DNA of 64,000 nucleotides from Promineifilum sp. (GTDB lineage: Bacteria; Chloroflexota; Anaerolineae; Promineifilales; Promineifilaceae), in contig JACKBY010000013.1 of NCBI GenBank assembly GCA_020634335.1, positions 16,823-80,822 of the forward strand, written 5' to 3'. Of this stretch, positions 9,198-18,861 are shown piece by piece. The position numbers and the translations under genes are program-made. Every line of letters begins with the position of its first letter. Position 1 is the stretch's first letter. The notes under the pieces were generated by a model. It was given only the letters and a program-made list of their open reading frames with translations. It did no database searches and had not been told where the DNA came from.

Positions 9198-10186
9198 GCG
9201 TTCAGATAGGCCTCATACCAGGCCATGGTTTCCTTCAGCCCACCGGCCAAGGTATATTGCGGCCGCCAGCCGATGGCTCCTTTGGCCTTGTCTGGGCTTA
9301 GAAACTCATCGAGGATTTCGTTCTTGACTTCGTTGAGAATGACCGGCTTTAGCTCGGGATTGCCGGAAAGGGCCACGATGGTGCGCACAACTTCCAGCGC
9401 GGAAACGGCGCATCCGGATCCCAGATTGAACGGCTGACCGCGCACGCCGGCCTCAGTAAGGTTCTCAGCCAGCATCAGATAGCCACGCACGGCGTCGGCC
9501 ACGTACAGGTAATCACGCCGGAAGGAGCCGTCGGAACGGATGACAGGCGATTCACCGCTCAGCACACTGCGGATAGTTCCCGGTATTAACCGGTTCCAGC
9601 TGAGATCGCCACCGCCGAACAGATTGGAACAGCGGGTCACGGCGATAGCCAGACCGTATGTGTGGGCGAATGATTGGGCGATAAGGTCGGCGCAACTCTT
9701 GGATACCTCATAGGGGTGGCGACCTTGCAGCGGATAGTCCTCCAGGTAAGGGAGAGTGGTCTGTTCGCCATAGGCTTTTTCGCTGCTGGCGACGACGACA
9801 CCGCGCACGGTGGGCGTTTGCCGCACCGCCTCCAGCAATAACCAGGTGCCGCGAATGTTCGTCTCGAAGGTGGTAGACGGGTCGCGGTTGGCGATGCCAA
9901 CGATGGTTTGCCCAGCCAGGTGGAAGACGGTATCGATTTGTTTATCGACCAACGTTCTGTGCAGGAGATCGTAATCGAGAAGATGGCCCTGAACTTGATC
10001 GACACGGCCGATAAGCCCGGTTCGAACCAATTGTGAGTCCGGCTCGCGCATGCGAATGAGACCAACGACGGCCGCGCCGCGTTCGAGCAGCGCGGCCGTC
10101 AGCCAGGATCCGAGAAAGCCGGTGCAGCCGGTGATGAACACCCGCCGACCACGCCAAAAGTTGTCTTGTTCTCTTTCCCGGCTCAA
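9194..10186 (-). CDS. NDP-sugar dehydratase, CDP-glucose 4,6-dehydratase-like SDR
   Basis: FWRGRRVFITGCTGFLGSWL, HLAGQTIV, SSEKAY, YEVSK. Confidence 0.85.
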   Translation of the reverse strand: MSREREQDNFWRGRRVFITGCTGFLGSWLTAALLERGAAVVGLIRMREPDSQLVRTGLIGRVDQVQGHLLDYDLLHRTLVDKQIDTVFHLAGQTIVGIANRDPSTTFETNIRGTWLLLEAVRQTPTVRGVVVASSEKAYGEQTTLPYLEDYPLQGRHPYEVSKSCADLIAQSFAHTYGLAIAVTRCSNLFGGGDLSWNRLIPGTIRSVLSGESPVIRSDGSFRRDYLYVADAVRGYLMLAENLTEAGVRGQPFNLGSGCAVSALEVVRTIVALSGNPELKPVILNEVKNEILDEFLSPDKAKGAIGWRPQYTLAGGLKETMAWYEAYLNA

Positions 10187-10214
10187 AAGACTTCTCCCAC
10201 AGCCTTACAACCGC

Positions 10215-11105
10215 CTAACGATCACGTTTGGCTAATTCTATCTCGGCCGCGCGCAACGTGTTCTTCATCAACATGGTGATTGTCATTGGCCCCACACCGC
10301 CGGGGACGGGCGTTATGGCGCCGGCGACTTCCTTGGCCGATTCAAAGTCCACGTCGCCCACCAGGCGGTAACCCCTCTTGGCGGTGGGATCGGGTTTCTG
10401 GTTGATACCGACGTCGATGACCGCCGCGCCCGGTTTGAGCATGTCCCCGGTAATCATCTCCGTCCGGCCGATGGCGGCGATGACGATGTCGGCGCGCCGG
10501 ATGTGCTCGGCCAGATCGCGTGTCCGGCTATGGCAGATGGTGACGGTGGCGTCACGCTTTTGCAGCAACATGGCTACGGGCAGCCCGACGATGTTAGAGC
10601 GGCCGACGACGACCGCCTCGGCCCCGCGAATGGGGATACCGCTTTCTTCCAGCAAGACGATGCAGCCATAGGGCGTGCAGGGGATAAAGAGTGGGTCGCG
10701 GCCTTTCATTGCCAGGCGGCCGATGTTGACGGGGTGAAACCCATCGACATCCTTTTCGAGGCTGATGGAATTGAGTACCGCTTCTTCGTTGAGGTGTTTC
10801 GGCAACGGCAGTTGGACAAGAATGCCGTTGACATTGGGATCGGCGTTTAACGACGCCACGAGCTGCTCGACCTGGGTCTGGGTGGCCGTGGCGGGCAATT
10901 CGTGGCCGATTGACCGGATGCCCAGCTCTTCACACGTTTTCCGCTTGCTGCGAACGTAAGTGGATGAGGCCGGGTCTTCACCGACCAACACCGTAGCCAG
11001 ACCGGGCGTATAGCCGTAGTCTTCTTTCATCTGAACGACCGCCTGGCGAACTTGTTCGCGAACGGTTCCGGCAATGGCTTTGCCGTCGATAATCGATGCA
11101 GTCAT
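10215..11105 (-). CDS. folD: bifunctional methylene-THF dehydrogenase/cyclohydrolase
   Basis: IIDGKAIA, GILVQLPLP, KDVDGFHPVN, PCTPYG, TPVPGGVGPMT; AGGAAGG SD before ATG 11105. Confidence 0.97.
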   Translation of the reverse strand: MTASIIDGKAIAGTVREQVRQAVVQMKEDYGYTPGLATVLVGEDPASSTYVRSKRKTCEELGIRSIGHELPATATQTQVEQLVASLNADPNVNGILVQLPLPKHLNEEAVLNSISLEKDVDGFHPVNIGRLAMKGRDPLFIPCTPYGCIVLLEESGIPIRGAEAVVVGRSNIVGLPVAMLLQKRDATVTICHSRTRDLAEHIRRADIVIAAIGRTEMITGDMLKPGAAVIDVGINQKPDPTAKRGYRLVGDVDFESAKEVAGAITPVPGGVGPMTITMLMKNTLRAAEIELAKRDR

Positions 11106-11130
11106 ATTAGTTACCTTCCTGTTGTAAAAC

Positions 11131-11160
11131 AAAAAAGCCTCTACCTTGGTTGAGAGGCTT
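11131..11160 (-). terminator. intrinsic terminator after the small membrane-protein gene, upstream of folD
   Basis: minus strand AAGCCTCT-CAACCAAGGT-AGAGGCTT-TTTT. Confidence 0.65.
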
Positions 11161-11193
11161 GAATATTAATCCGCGGTGGGGGAAAAGAGGCTC

Positions 11194-11391
11194 CTACTTG
11201 GGGAGGATATTGGTGCCCATGAACTTGTCGAGCCAGATACCCAAGGCGACGGCCAGTGATAGAGTGGTGAAGATCATGTAGATAGCACCATACTCTGCCG
11301 GCGTTGTGCCGATTAGCATGGTGATCAATATGGTTAGTCCGAAACCAACGGCTATGGAAATGGCGGCCAGAATGAGCCTTTTCACCAACAT
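11194..11391 (-). CDS. small two-helix membrane protein, hypothetical
   Basis: 65 aa, two hydrophobic segments, GGAGG SD, TGcTACAAT upstream, terminator downstream. Confidence 0.7.
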   Translation of the reverse strand: MLVKRLILAAISIAVGFGLTILITMLIGTTPAEYGAIYMIFTTLSLAVALGIWLDKFMGTNILPK

Positions 11392-11503
11392 GAATACTTG
11401 CCTCCAGTTGTGTGTTCTGTCACAAACTAGACTAATTGTAGCAGATTGCTATCCCTCCGCAAGCTTGTTGGCCGGGTGTGCAGGGCTTTTCTGTTGTCGA
11501 GCT

Positions 11504-11574
11504 GTAGTGCCGGATTCTTATCCGGTGGCCGGGAACGAGCTGGGCTGCGGAGCGGGTTAAGAAACCGGTGCTAC
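11504..11574. repeat. GTAG-family REP doublet (REPIN-like), copy 1
   Basis: GTAGTGCCGGATTCTTATCCGG...GCGGGTTAAGAAACCGGTGCTAC; related copies at 18610 and 54426. Confidence 0.8.
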
Positions 11575-11709
11575 GGGGAGCGATTACTGAAAAACCCTGG
11601 CCGGGTGTAGGCAACCGATAAATCAACCAATAGCGGGTGGGCCGGTCTCGCCGGCATTGATGCCTGTTCGTCTCCATCAAACGGGTATAAGCGATTGAAC
11701 GTGAAGATG

Positions 11710-11750
11710 TTAGATAATTACCTAATTTGAAACGGATAATATGCTATAAT
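11710..11750 (+). promoter_or_regulatory. extended -10 promoter with upstream palindromic operator for the ABC exporter
   Basis: TGcTATAAT at 11742-11750; imperfect palindrome TTAGATAATTACCTAA at 11710-11725. Confidence 0.5.
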
Positions 11751-11846
11751 TGACCCCGTAGTATTTGAACCTAATCCTTCCAACCGATCACAAAGCATTA
11801 GCAGCCCATCCAATCGGTTCCGTCCATTCCAGATGGAGGTAGACGT

Positions 11847-13652
11847 GTGACGAATGAGCAAAACGATGCCCCACGCAGGGCATCCTCAACTGTGCGACTT
11901 TTGGGATATCTAGGACCTTACAAGCGCTATGTGGGTCTGGCCTACGTGGCTATGTTATTGGGTACAGGCCTCAATCTGCTGGTTCCCCAGATCATCGCCT
12001 GGGCCATCGACTATGGCGTTTCGCAGGGGCAAGCTTCGACATTGATCGCTGCCGGGGCGCTCATCATGGGTATTGCGCTGGTACGCGGGGTGCTCGGTTT
12101 TGTGCAGCGTTACTACGGTGAGTGGTTGACCAACCGTGTAGCATATGATCTGCGTAATGAGTTCTATAATGCTGTGCAATATCAGCCTTTTGCCTTTCAC
12201 GACCAGAGCCATACCGGCGATCTCATGAGCCGGGCAACCAGTGACATCAGCGAGTCCGAGCGATTTGCCGGAATCGGGCTGATGGACCTGACGGCCACCC
12301 TTCTTCTCATGGTTGGCGTTATCGTCGCCATGATGCTGGAGTCGGTGCCGCTGGCGCTGCTGGCGATGATTCCCTTGCCCATTCTCCTTTTCACGACAGT
12401 GCGATTCGGCATCACGATTGAGCCGATGTTCAAGCGCATTCAGGAGCAGATGGGAACGCTGTCGAACGTTATGCAAGAGAGCCTGACAGGTATACACGTC
12501 GTCAAGGCTTTCGCTCGCGAGCCTCACGAACTGGACAAGTTCGATCGCGAGAACAACGAATGGTTCAGCCGCCGTCAGGGTCTCATCCGAAAATGGGCTA
12601 ACAATTGGCCGTTCATGACGTTTCTGATCATGCTGAGTATCTTCTTTCTGCTCTGGTTTGCCGGGCCATCGGCTTTGCGGGGAGATATTACCGTCGGCTC
12701 GCTGTTTGCGCTGATCTCCTACGTGTTGATGCTGAATTCACCGGTGCAACGTCTGGGCTTCCTGGTGAATCTGGCGGCCACGGCCGGAGCCAGCGCCACG
12801 CGCGTGTTCGAGATCATCGACTTGCCTCAGGAAGTTGTGGACCGAGCGGATGCTCTGGCTTTGACCGCGCCCAGAGGCGACGTCAAGTTTGAGCACGTAT
12901 CGTTTTCCTATCGGGATGGCCTCCATGTGCTGGCCGATGTAGATTTCCATGCCAAACCGGGTGACAAGATCGCTCTGATCGGGCCGACCGGTTCCGGCAA
13001 GACCACCATTACAAACCTTTTGCCTCGTTTCTACGATGCCACGAGCGGCCAAATCCTTGTGGACGATCATGATGTTCGTGAGTTGCAGCTCAAAAGCCTG
13101 CGCGGCCACATCGGGATCGTCTTGCAAGAGCCGTTTTTGTTTAGCCAGACTGTGCGGGAGAACATCGCCTACGGTCGCACCGATGCAAGCATGGAAGACA
13201 TTGTGGCCGCGGCCAAAGTCGCTCGCGCCCACGAATTTATTCTGGAACTGGAGGAGGGCTACGATACGCGCGTGGGCGAGCGAGGGGTTACGCTGAGCGG
13301 TGGCCAAAAGCAACGCATCGCCATTGCCCGCGCGCTATTGGCCGACCCGCGCATTCTCATTCTCGACGACTCCACCAGCAGCGTGGATACGGAGACCGAG
13401 CATCTCATTCAGGAAGCCCTGGGCGAATTGATGATGGGGCGAACGACGTTCATCATCGCCCAACGGCTGTTGACGCTGAAACATGCGGACTGCATTTTAG
13501 TCGTGCAGGACGGCCGCATTGCGGAGCGTGGAACCCACGAGGAATTATTGGCAAATGATGGTCTGTACCGGCAGATCTACGATTTGCAACTGAAAGATCA
13601 GGAAGAATTTGTGGCTCTGCAGAGCCAAATGGCCGCGAGCGCCGGAGGCTAG
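11847..13652 (+). CDS. ABC exporter half-transporter (TMD+NBD), degenerate-site subunit
   Basis: GPTGSGKTT, LSGGQKQR, Walker B ILDDSTS, switch IAQRL. Confidence 0.93.
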   Translation: MTNEQNDAPRRASSTVRLLGYLGPYKRYVGLAYVAMLLGTGLNLLVPQIIAWAIDYGVSQGQASTLIAAGALIMGIALVRGVLGFVQRYYGEWLTNRVAYDLRNEFYNAVQYQPFAFHDQSHTGDLMSRATSDISESERFAGIGLMDLTATLLLMVGVIVAMMLESVPLALLAMIPLPILLFTTVRFGITIEPMFKRIQEQMGTLSNVMQESLTGIHVVKAFAREPHELDKFDRENNEWFSRRQGLIRKWANNWPFMTFLIMLSIFFLLWFAGPSALRGDITVGSLFALISYVLMLNSPVQRLGFLVNLAATAGASATRVFEIIDLPQEVVDRADALALTAPRGDVKFEHVSFSYRDGLHVLADVDFHAKPGDKIALIGPTGSGKTTITNLLPRFYDATSGQILVDDHDVRELQLKSLRGHIGIVLQEPFLFSQTVRENIAYGRTDASMEDIVAAAKVARAHEFILELEEGYDTRVGERGVTLSGGQKQRIAIARALLADPRILILDDSTSSVDTETEHLIQEALGELMMGRTTFIIAQRLLTLKHADCILVVQDGRIAERGTHEELLANDGLYRQIYDLQLKDQEEFVALQSQMAASAGG

Positions 13653-13662
13653 AGAATTGACT

Positions 13663-15555
13663 ATGACCACAAACGAACGAACGCATTTGAATGCGGATGA
13701 GCGCTCCACTGTGGAGGCGACGCAAGCCGCTCGCGAAGCCCGCGAGGCAAAAATTCGCCAACTCCTTCGCGATGACGACGAGTTGCTGGGCAAGGCATAT
13801 GACGGCCGTCTGGTTCGGCGGCTGGGTGGCTATATGTCTCCCTATAGGTCGAGCCTTATCATCGCCATTATCCTGATGACGATCAGCTCTCTGCTCGGCG
13901 TGGCCGGCCCGGCCATCATTGGCTTCGCCATCGACCGGGGCATCCGCGCCGGTTCGTTAGATAGCTTGCGGTTCTGGACGCTGGTATTTCTCGTCACGAT
14001 CGTGGGTGAATGGCTAACGAACCGCGCGCGAGTGCGCATTATGGCTTTCGTGGGCACCAAAATTGTGGCCGATGTGCGCAGCGAATTGTTCCGCCATCTC
14101 CATCACTTGACACTGAATTTCTATAACAACTTTAGCGTTGGCCGTCTCATGAGTCGTCTCATCGGTGATGTTGGTGTCCTTCTGGACTTCGTCACCTGGT
14201 CAATCACTGGTCTATTCCGGTCAGTGTTCAACCTGTTTGGTATCGTGGCTGCCATGCTCCTGCTCAACTGGCAATTGGCGCTGGTGGCCTTCGCGGTGAT
14301 GCCGCTGATGGTCATATTGACAAATTACTGGCGAGAGCGCGTTCGCCAAGCCTATCGGGCCACGCGCCAGCGTCTGGCCTTGATCAATGGCTATCTCAAC
14401 GAATCTATTTCCGGCATACGGGTTACCAAGAGCTTTACGCGCGAAGAACGTAATTTCCAGCACTTTGATGACCTGAACCTGTCGTTTTTTGATGCCAATA
14501 TACAGGCGACTCGTCTATCGGCTATTTTCTTTCCTGGCGTAGACTTCATCGGCTCGTTGGCCACGGCGCTGGTCATCGGTGTCGGGGGCTGGCTGGTCTT
14601 GGGCGATGCCCTGACGGCGGGCACGCTGGTGGCCGTCGTCCTCTATGTCGAGCGTTTCTTCGATCCCATTCGCGAACTGGCTCAGCGTTACAATACCTTC
14701 CAGGCCACGATGGCCGCGTCGGAACGGCTGTTTGAGCTGCTGGATTTGGCTCCTGATATCGTAGACGCGCCGGGGGCCCACCCTCTGCCGCGTATCCACG
14801 GCGAGGTGGAGTTCAAGGACGTCTCTTTTGCCTATCGTCAGGACGGCCGGCAGGTGTTGCACGACATTAATCTGGTGGCGAAACCCGGCGAGCGGATCGC
14901 TCTGGTGGGTGAAACGGGTGCGGGCAAGAGTACCATCATCCGCCTTGTGTCCCGATTTTACGACGTCACAGAGGGAGTGTTGACTATCGACGGACACGAC
15001 ATTCGCCAGGTCACTAGCGAGAGTCTGCGACAGCAATTGGGCATTGTCTTGCAGGATACTTTCCTGTTCACCGGCTCTGTGGCCGACAATATTCGCTACG
15101 GCCGGCTGAATGCCACGGATGAGGAAGTGCTGGCCGCGTCGAAGGCCGTTGGTGCGGATGACTTCATCAGGCGCATGCCCGACGGCTATGATTCCGAAGT
15201 GGGCGAGAACGGCAGCAATTTGAGTGTAGGCCAGCGCCAATTGATCTCTTTCGCGCGCGCGTTGCTGGCCGATCCTCGTATTCTTATCCTCGACGAGGCC
15301 ACCAGCAGCGTCGACACGGCCACCGAGCGCATCATCCAGCGCGCGCTGGATACGCTAATGGAGGGACGCACGAGCTTTGTGATTGCCCACCGGCTGAGTA
15401 CGATCATCAATGCCGACCAGATTCTGGTGCTTGATCACGGCCGCATCGTGGAACGGGGAACGCACCAGGAACTGTTGGCCCGGCGGGGGCGCTACTTCAA
15501 TCTGTACACCATGCAGTGGGCCCAGCAGCGCCAGCCCACCTTTAGTGTCAATTGA
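13663..15555 (+). CDS. ABC exporter half-transporter (TMD+NBD), consensus-Walker-B subunit
   Basis: [28 protein letters not shown]; ATG 13663 lies 10 nt after the upstream stop. Confidence 0.93.
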   Translation: MTTNERTHLNADERSTVEATQAAREAREAKIRQLLRDDDELLGKAYDGRLVRRLGGYMSPYRSSLIIAIILMTISSLLGVAGPAIIGFAIDRGIRAGSLDSLRFWTLVFLVTIVGEWLTNRARVRIMAFVGTKIVADVRSELFRHLHHLTLNFYNNFSVGRLMSRLIGDVGVLLDFVTWSITGLFRSVFNLFGIVAAMLLLNWQLALVAFAVMPLMVILTNYWRERVRQAYRATRQRLALINGYLNESISGIRVTKSFTREERNFQHFDDLNLSFFDANIQATRLSAIFFPGVDFIGSLATALVIGVGGWLVLGDALTAGTLVAVVLYVERFFDPIRELAQRYNTFQATMAASERLFELLDLAPDIVDAPGAHPLPRIHGEVEFKDVSFAYRQDGRQVLHDINLVAKPGERIALVGETGAGKSTIIRLVSRFYDVTEGVLTIDGHDIRQVTSESLRQQLGIVLQDTFLFTGSVADNIRYGRLNATDEEVLAASKAVGADDFIRRMPDGYDSEVGENGSNLSVGQRQLISFARALLADPRILILDEATSSVDTATERIIQRALDTLMEGRTSFVIAHRLSTIINADQILVLDHGRIVERGTHQELLARRGRYFNLYTMQWAQQRQPTFSVN

Positions 15556-15621
15556 CGACTTGTTGCTATCTGGTTTGAGGCGCGCAGCAGAAGGCCAAGA
15601 CCCCTGCTGCGCGCCTCTTGG

Positions 15622-18390
15622 TTATAGCTTGGCGGCCAACTCCTCGATGGCTTGGGCGGCCGTCGTGCCGACTTCAAACGAGATAACGCGCCGGTGATTG
15701 TCTCGCAGCGCTTGAGCATCTCCCAGCGCCTGTGCTTTTTTCAGGACGTTGAACGTCATGCTGGTCGCAGCGTCCCCCGCCTCGTCGGGGATAGCCACGT
15801 CTTCGGCCGTATCGGATACGAACTGAATGAACAAGCCGTTGCCCCGATCACCCTTGTGGAGTTGACCGGTGGAGTGGAGGAATCGCGGCCCGATGCCCAC
15901 CGTCGTCGCCAGGCCGGTTCGCAGATGGATGGCCTGGCGCAGGGCTTGCAGCGCAGCGTTGACTTCGGGAGTGGCCTGCACGTAGGCCTGGAGCGACACA
16001 TAGTCGCCGGGTCGGGCCTGCGCCAGAAAATCGCTCAGCGCCTGGGGTGACAATTTCGCGAACTCCCCGGCCGGCAGCGCCCCCTCGTCGCTATAGGCGG
16101 CAACAATGGCGCGGGCTTTGATCTTGGCTTCTTCGACGTTGGGCTGATCAAACGGGTTGATGCCCATGAAGTGCCCAGCGATAGCCGTCGCCATTTCCCA
16201 CAGGAAGAATTGACCGCCAATGTCGTAGATATCTCTCAGATGCAGGGTGATGGCCGGATGCCCCACTGCGGCCAGGTGGGCGACGAAGTCGTCGTGTTGC
16301 GCGTCACCTTTCAGCCGCAGATGGACGAATAATCGGTCCGGCTGGTAGGTATCGACCGGCGCGAACGGTTCGCCGACGATTGGCAGGATACCCTTGCCCT
16401 CTTTGCCCAGACTCTCAGCGATCAACTGTTCGACCCAATCACCGAAGCTGGCTAGCGGAGTGGATGTGATAAAGGTTATCTTGTCGCGTCCCGACTGGGC
16501 CAGGACGCCCATTGCCGTTCCCACGCGGGCGGCTAAATTGTCGCTGATCGCCTCGCAATGACAGACCGATGCGTTGGCCGCGGCAATGGAGGCGCGCTCC
16601 AGCAACTCGGCCACATCCGCGCCGACCAGCGCCGCCGGCACCAGGCCAAAATAAGATAGCGCGGAATAGCGCCCGCCAATATCGGGATCGTTCAGGAAAA
16701 GATCGCGGAAGTGGTAGCGTTCAGCCATGGTGACGATCTTGCTGCCGGGATCGGTAATGCCGATGAAGTGATGGCCCACCTGGTCGCCACCCACCTGGGC
16801 CAGAAGTCGATTGTAGAAGTATTTAAAGGCCGAAAGTGTCTCGACTGTGCCGCCCGATTTGGTGCTGACAATGAACAGGGTTTTTGTCAGATCGACGGCC
16901 GCTTCGGCGGCCTTGATGCCGTCGGCATCGGTTGTATCCACGACGATCAATTCCAGCGAAGGCTCGGGCGCGTTGGCCGGCCGCGAGGCGCGGCCGAACG
17001 TCTTCTGGAACAGTTCTGGCCCCAGGCTTGACCCACCCATGCCCAGCAGCATGGCATGGGTATAGCCCTCGTCTGCCACCTGCCGGGTGAAGGTCGAAAG
17101 CCGTCCTACTTGTTCCGCCATCGCGTCCATGACATGGAGCCAACCGAGTCGATTGGTAATCTCCGTTGGCCTGGGTTTCCATACGGTGTGATCGTGGGCC
17201 CAGATGCGGCAGATGATTTGTTGCCCGCACAGGTCTTGCAACCCACGCTCGGCTGTTTCTTCGGCCGCTCCCAACTGCAGCGAGCAGGCACGCCATTCCT
17301 TATCCATCTCGGTTCGCTTGTCGATCACGGCGTTAATCAGCGCCTGGAAGCGTTGCGCCGAAGCGGCCAGATGGTCTCTTTGCAATTCCGTTGAAATGGC
17401 GTCCAGGTTGATTCCCAACGCGGCCAGCTCCGCCAGATGCGCTTGCGCAGCGTCAAGCCCGGTCGTCAACGTTTCCGTAGCCTGACCCTGTTGCCGGAAA
17501 GCGTTGAGTGTCAAGGGCGAGAAAGTTATGACGGTATCGGGGCCGATGAGTTGATTGATATAGTGGCCGGGCGGATAGCGGAAATCACGAGGGGTGAGGC
17601 GCGTCCATTTCGGCCGCATTGGCCGCGCGCCCTTGTCGGCCAGATTGGCCCAGTCCGGGCTGTTGAGCATGTCGTGGTAGCGTGCATAGAGTATTTTGGC
17701 CTGCGCGACGGCCGCCTGTCCGGCGAGATCGGCGCGGCCAGACGCTCCCAATTGCGGATCGACGGCCGCGTCGATTGGGCTGAGAGAGAAAGAGGCGACG
17801 GCGGTGGGGGTGGTGCGCCACACGCTGTGGCTGCGAATATATTCCGCCAGCCCCTCCACATACGCCCTGGCGACTCGTTCGAACTTATCCGGCGAAAAAA
17901 GATGAGTCGCGTTGATCGACACCCCATCGGCGATCAGGGCGCGAATCGTCTCGATACCCACGTCGGTGGCCGGAATCTCCACCATCACGTTGTAGCGGTC
18001 GATGAGATGAGAAACGTGGCGAATCTCGGCCACGGCGGTTGTCACGTCACGGAAAATAGCCGGGTCGACTTCGTAGCTCACGAAGCCATCATAATGGTCG
18101 CTTTTCTCAAAAACAGGATGCAAGATGTCGGCCGCACGCTGGATGTCATCGGCCATCAATAAGTGATGGACCTGTCGCGCGGGCTTGCCTTCGGCCATGG
18201 CCCGGCGAATCCCGGCGTCATAGTCGCTGCTGCCCGCAATGGCCCGTTCATACACAAGGGCGTTGGCTGTCACGCCCTGGATTCCGTTGCTTATTTGTTC
18301 GGCAAGCTCGCCCGAGCGAATGAAGCTATTGCGCAGGTAATTCAGCCAAGTCGATTGGCCCAGTTGGTGAAGATCTGTGAGGCTGGTCAT
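15622..18390 (-). CDS. transaldolase/glucose-6-phosphate isomerase fusion (transaldolase half probably inactive)
   Basis: N-terminal transaldolase-like LGQSTWLNYL, VSYEVDP, EIPAT; PGI motifs GMGGSSLG, STKSGGTVET, IGGRYSALS, NPFDQPNVEEAK, GPRFLHSTGQLHKG. Confidence 0.9.
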   Translation of the reverse strand: MTSLTDLHQLGQSTWLNYLRNSFIRSGELAEQISNGIQGVTANALVYERAIAGSSDYDAGIRRAMAEGKPARQVHHLLMADDIQRAADILHPVFEKSDHYDGFVSYEVDPAIFRDVTTAVAEIRHVSHLIDRYNVMVEIPATDVGIETIRALIADGVSINATHLFSPDKFERVARAYVEGLAEYIRSHSVWRTTPTAVASFSLSPIDAAVDPQLGASGRADLAGQAAVAQAKILYARYHDMLNSPDWANLADKGARPMRPKWTRLTPRDFRYPPGHYINQLIGPDTVITFSPLTLNAFRQQGQATETLTTGLDAAQAHLAELAALGINLDAISTELQRDHLAASAQRFQALINAVIDKRTEMDKEWRACSLQLGAAEETAERGLQDLCGQQIICRIWAHDHTVWKPRPTEITNRLGWLHVMDAMAEQVGRLSTFTRQVADEGYTHAMLLGMGGSSLGPELFQKTFGRASRPANAPEPSLELIVVDTTDADGIKAAEAAVDLTKTLFIVSTKSGGTVETLSAFKYFYNRLLAQVGGDQVGHHFIGITDPGSKIVTMAERYHFRDLFLNDPDIGGRYSALSYFGLVPAALVGADVAELLERASIAAANASVCHCEAISDNLAARVGTAMGVLAQSGRDKITFITSTPLASFGDWVEQLIAESLGKEGKGILPIVGEPFAPVDTYQPDRLFVHLRLKGDAQHDDFVAHLAAVGHPAITLHLRDIYDIGGQFFLWEMATAIAGHFMGINPFDQPNVEEAKIKARAIVAAYSDEGALPAGEFAKLSPQALSDFLAQARPGDYVSLQAYVQATPEVNAALQALRQAIHLRTGLATTVGIGPRFLHSTGQLHKGDRGNGLFIQFVSDTAEDVAIPDEAGDAATSMTFNVLKKAQALGDAQALRDNHRRVISFEVGTTAAQAIEELAAKL

Positions 18391-18609
18391 GTTAGCTCCT
18401 GATTAAGCGGCAGTTAGAAACGGGTGCTTTCCAAGCGTATCGCGAGAGGGTGGCCGGTACTCCATTCGACTCCGTGGAAATAGCCCTACACCTGAAGGCC
18501 GATGAGGTACGATTGTGGCCGCGTCGGCAAACAAATTTGAAGTTAGCATAACTCACACCGTGCTAAATTCCAAGGTGTGGATGAAATAGGATATTTCAGT
18601 TGTCGAGGT

Positions 18610-18698
18610 GAAGCGCCGGACTCTTATCCGGCGGCCGAGAACGAGATGTGTCGAAAAGGTGAGCTGAGCTGCGGAGCCGGTTAAGAACCCGGCACCAC
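18610..18698. repeat. GTAG-family REP doublet, copy 2 (degenerate ends)
   Basis: GAAGCGCCGGACTCTTATCCGGCGG...GCCGGTTAAGAACCCGGCACCAC. Confidence 0.75.
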
Positions 18699-18821
18699 GG
18701 AGAGCGATCGGTTAATGGAAAACTGTGGTGGATGAGAGAAATGAACAATCTTATTTTCACAATTGGAACTAAGGGACATTATTGCCTAGCAGGGACGTTT
18801 GTTTTTGCGAATTCAACGCCC

Positions 18822-18848
18822 TGTCACAAAATGAAGCGTTGCGGTGTT
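18822..18848 (+). promoter_or_regulatory. putative ECF-sigma autoregulatory promoter
   Basis: TGTCACA-N16-TGTT ending 13 nt upstream of the ECF ATG; resembles TGTCACA-n16-CGTC ECF promoters. Confidence 0.45.
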
Positions 18849-18861
18849 TAGCAGGTAGAGA

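Noticed and set aside
11106-11193. ZTP or THF riboswitch upstream of folD
   Set aside because: Only a simple terminator hairpin is visible; I could not find aptamer consensus in the short gap
18543-18566. CIRCE (HrcA) operator
   Set aside because: 24 nt rather than TTAGCACTC-N9-GAGTGCTAA (27 nt), inner bases differ, no chaperone gene adjacent
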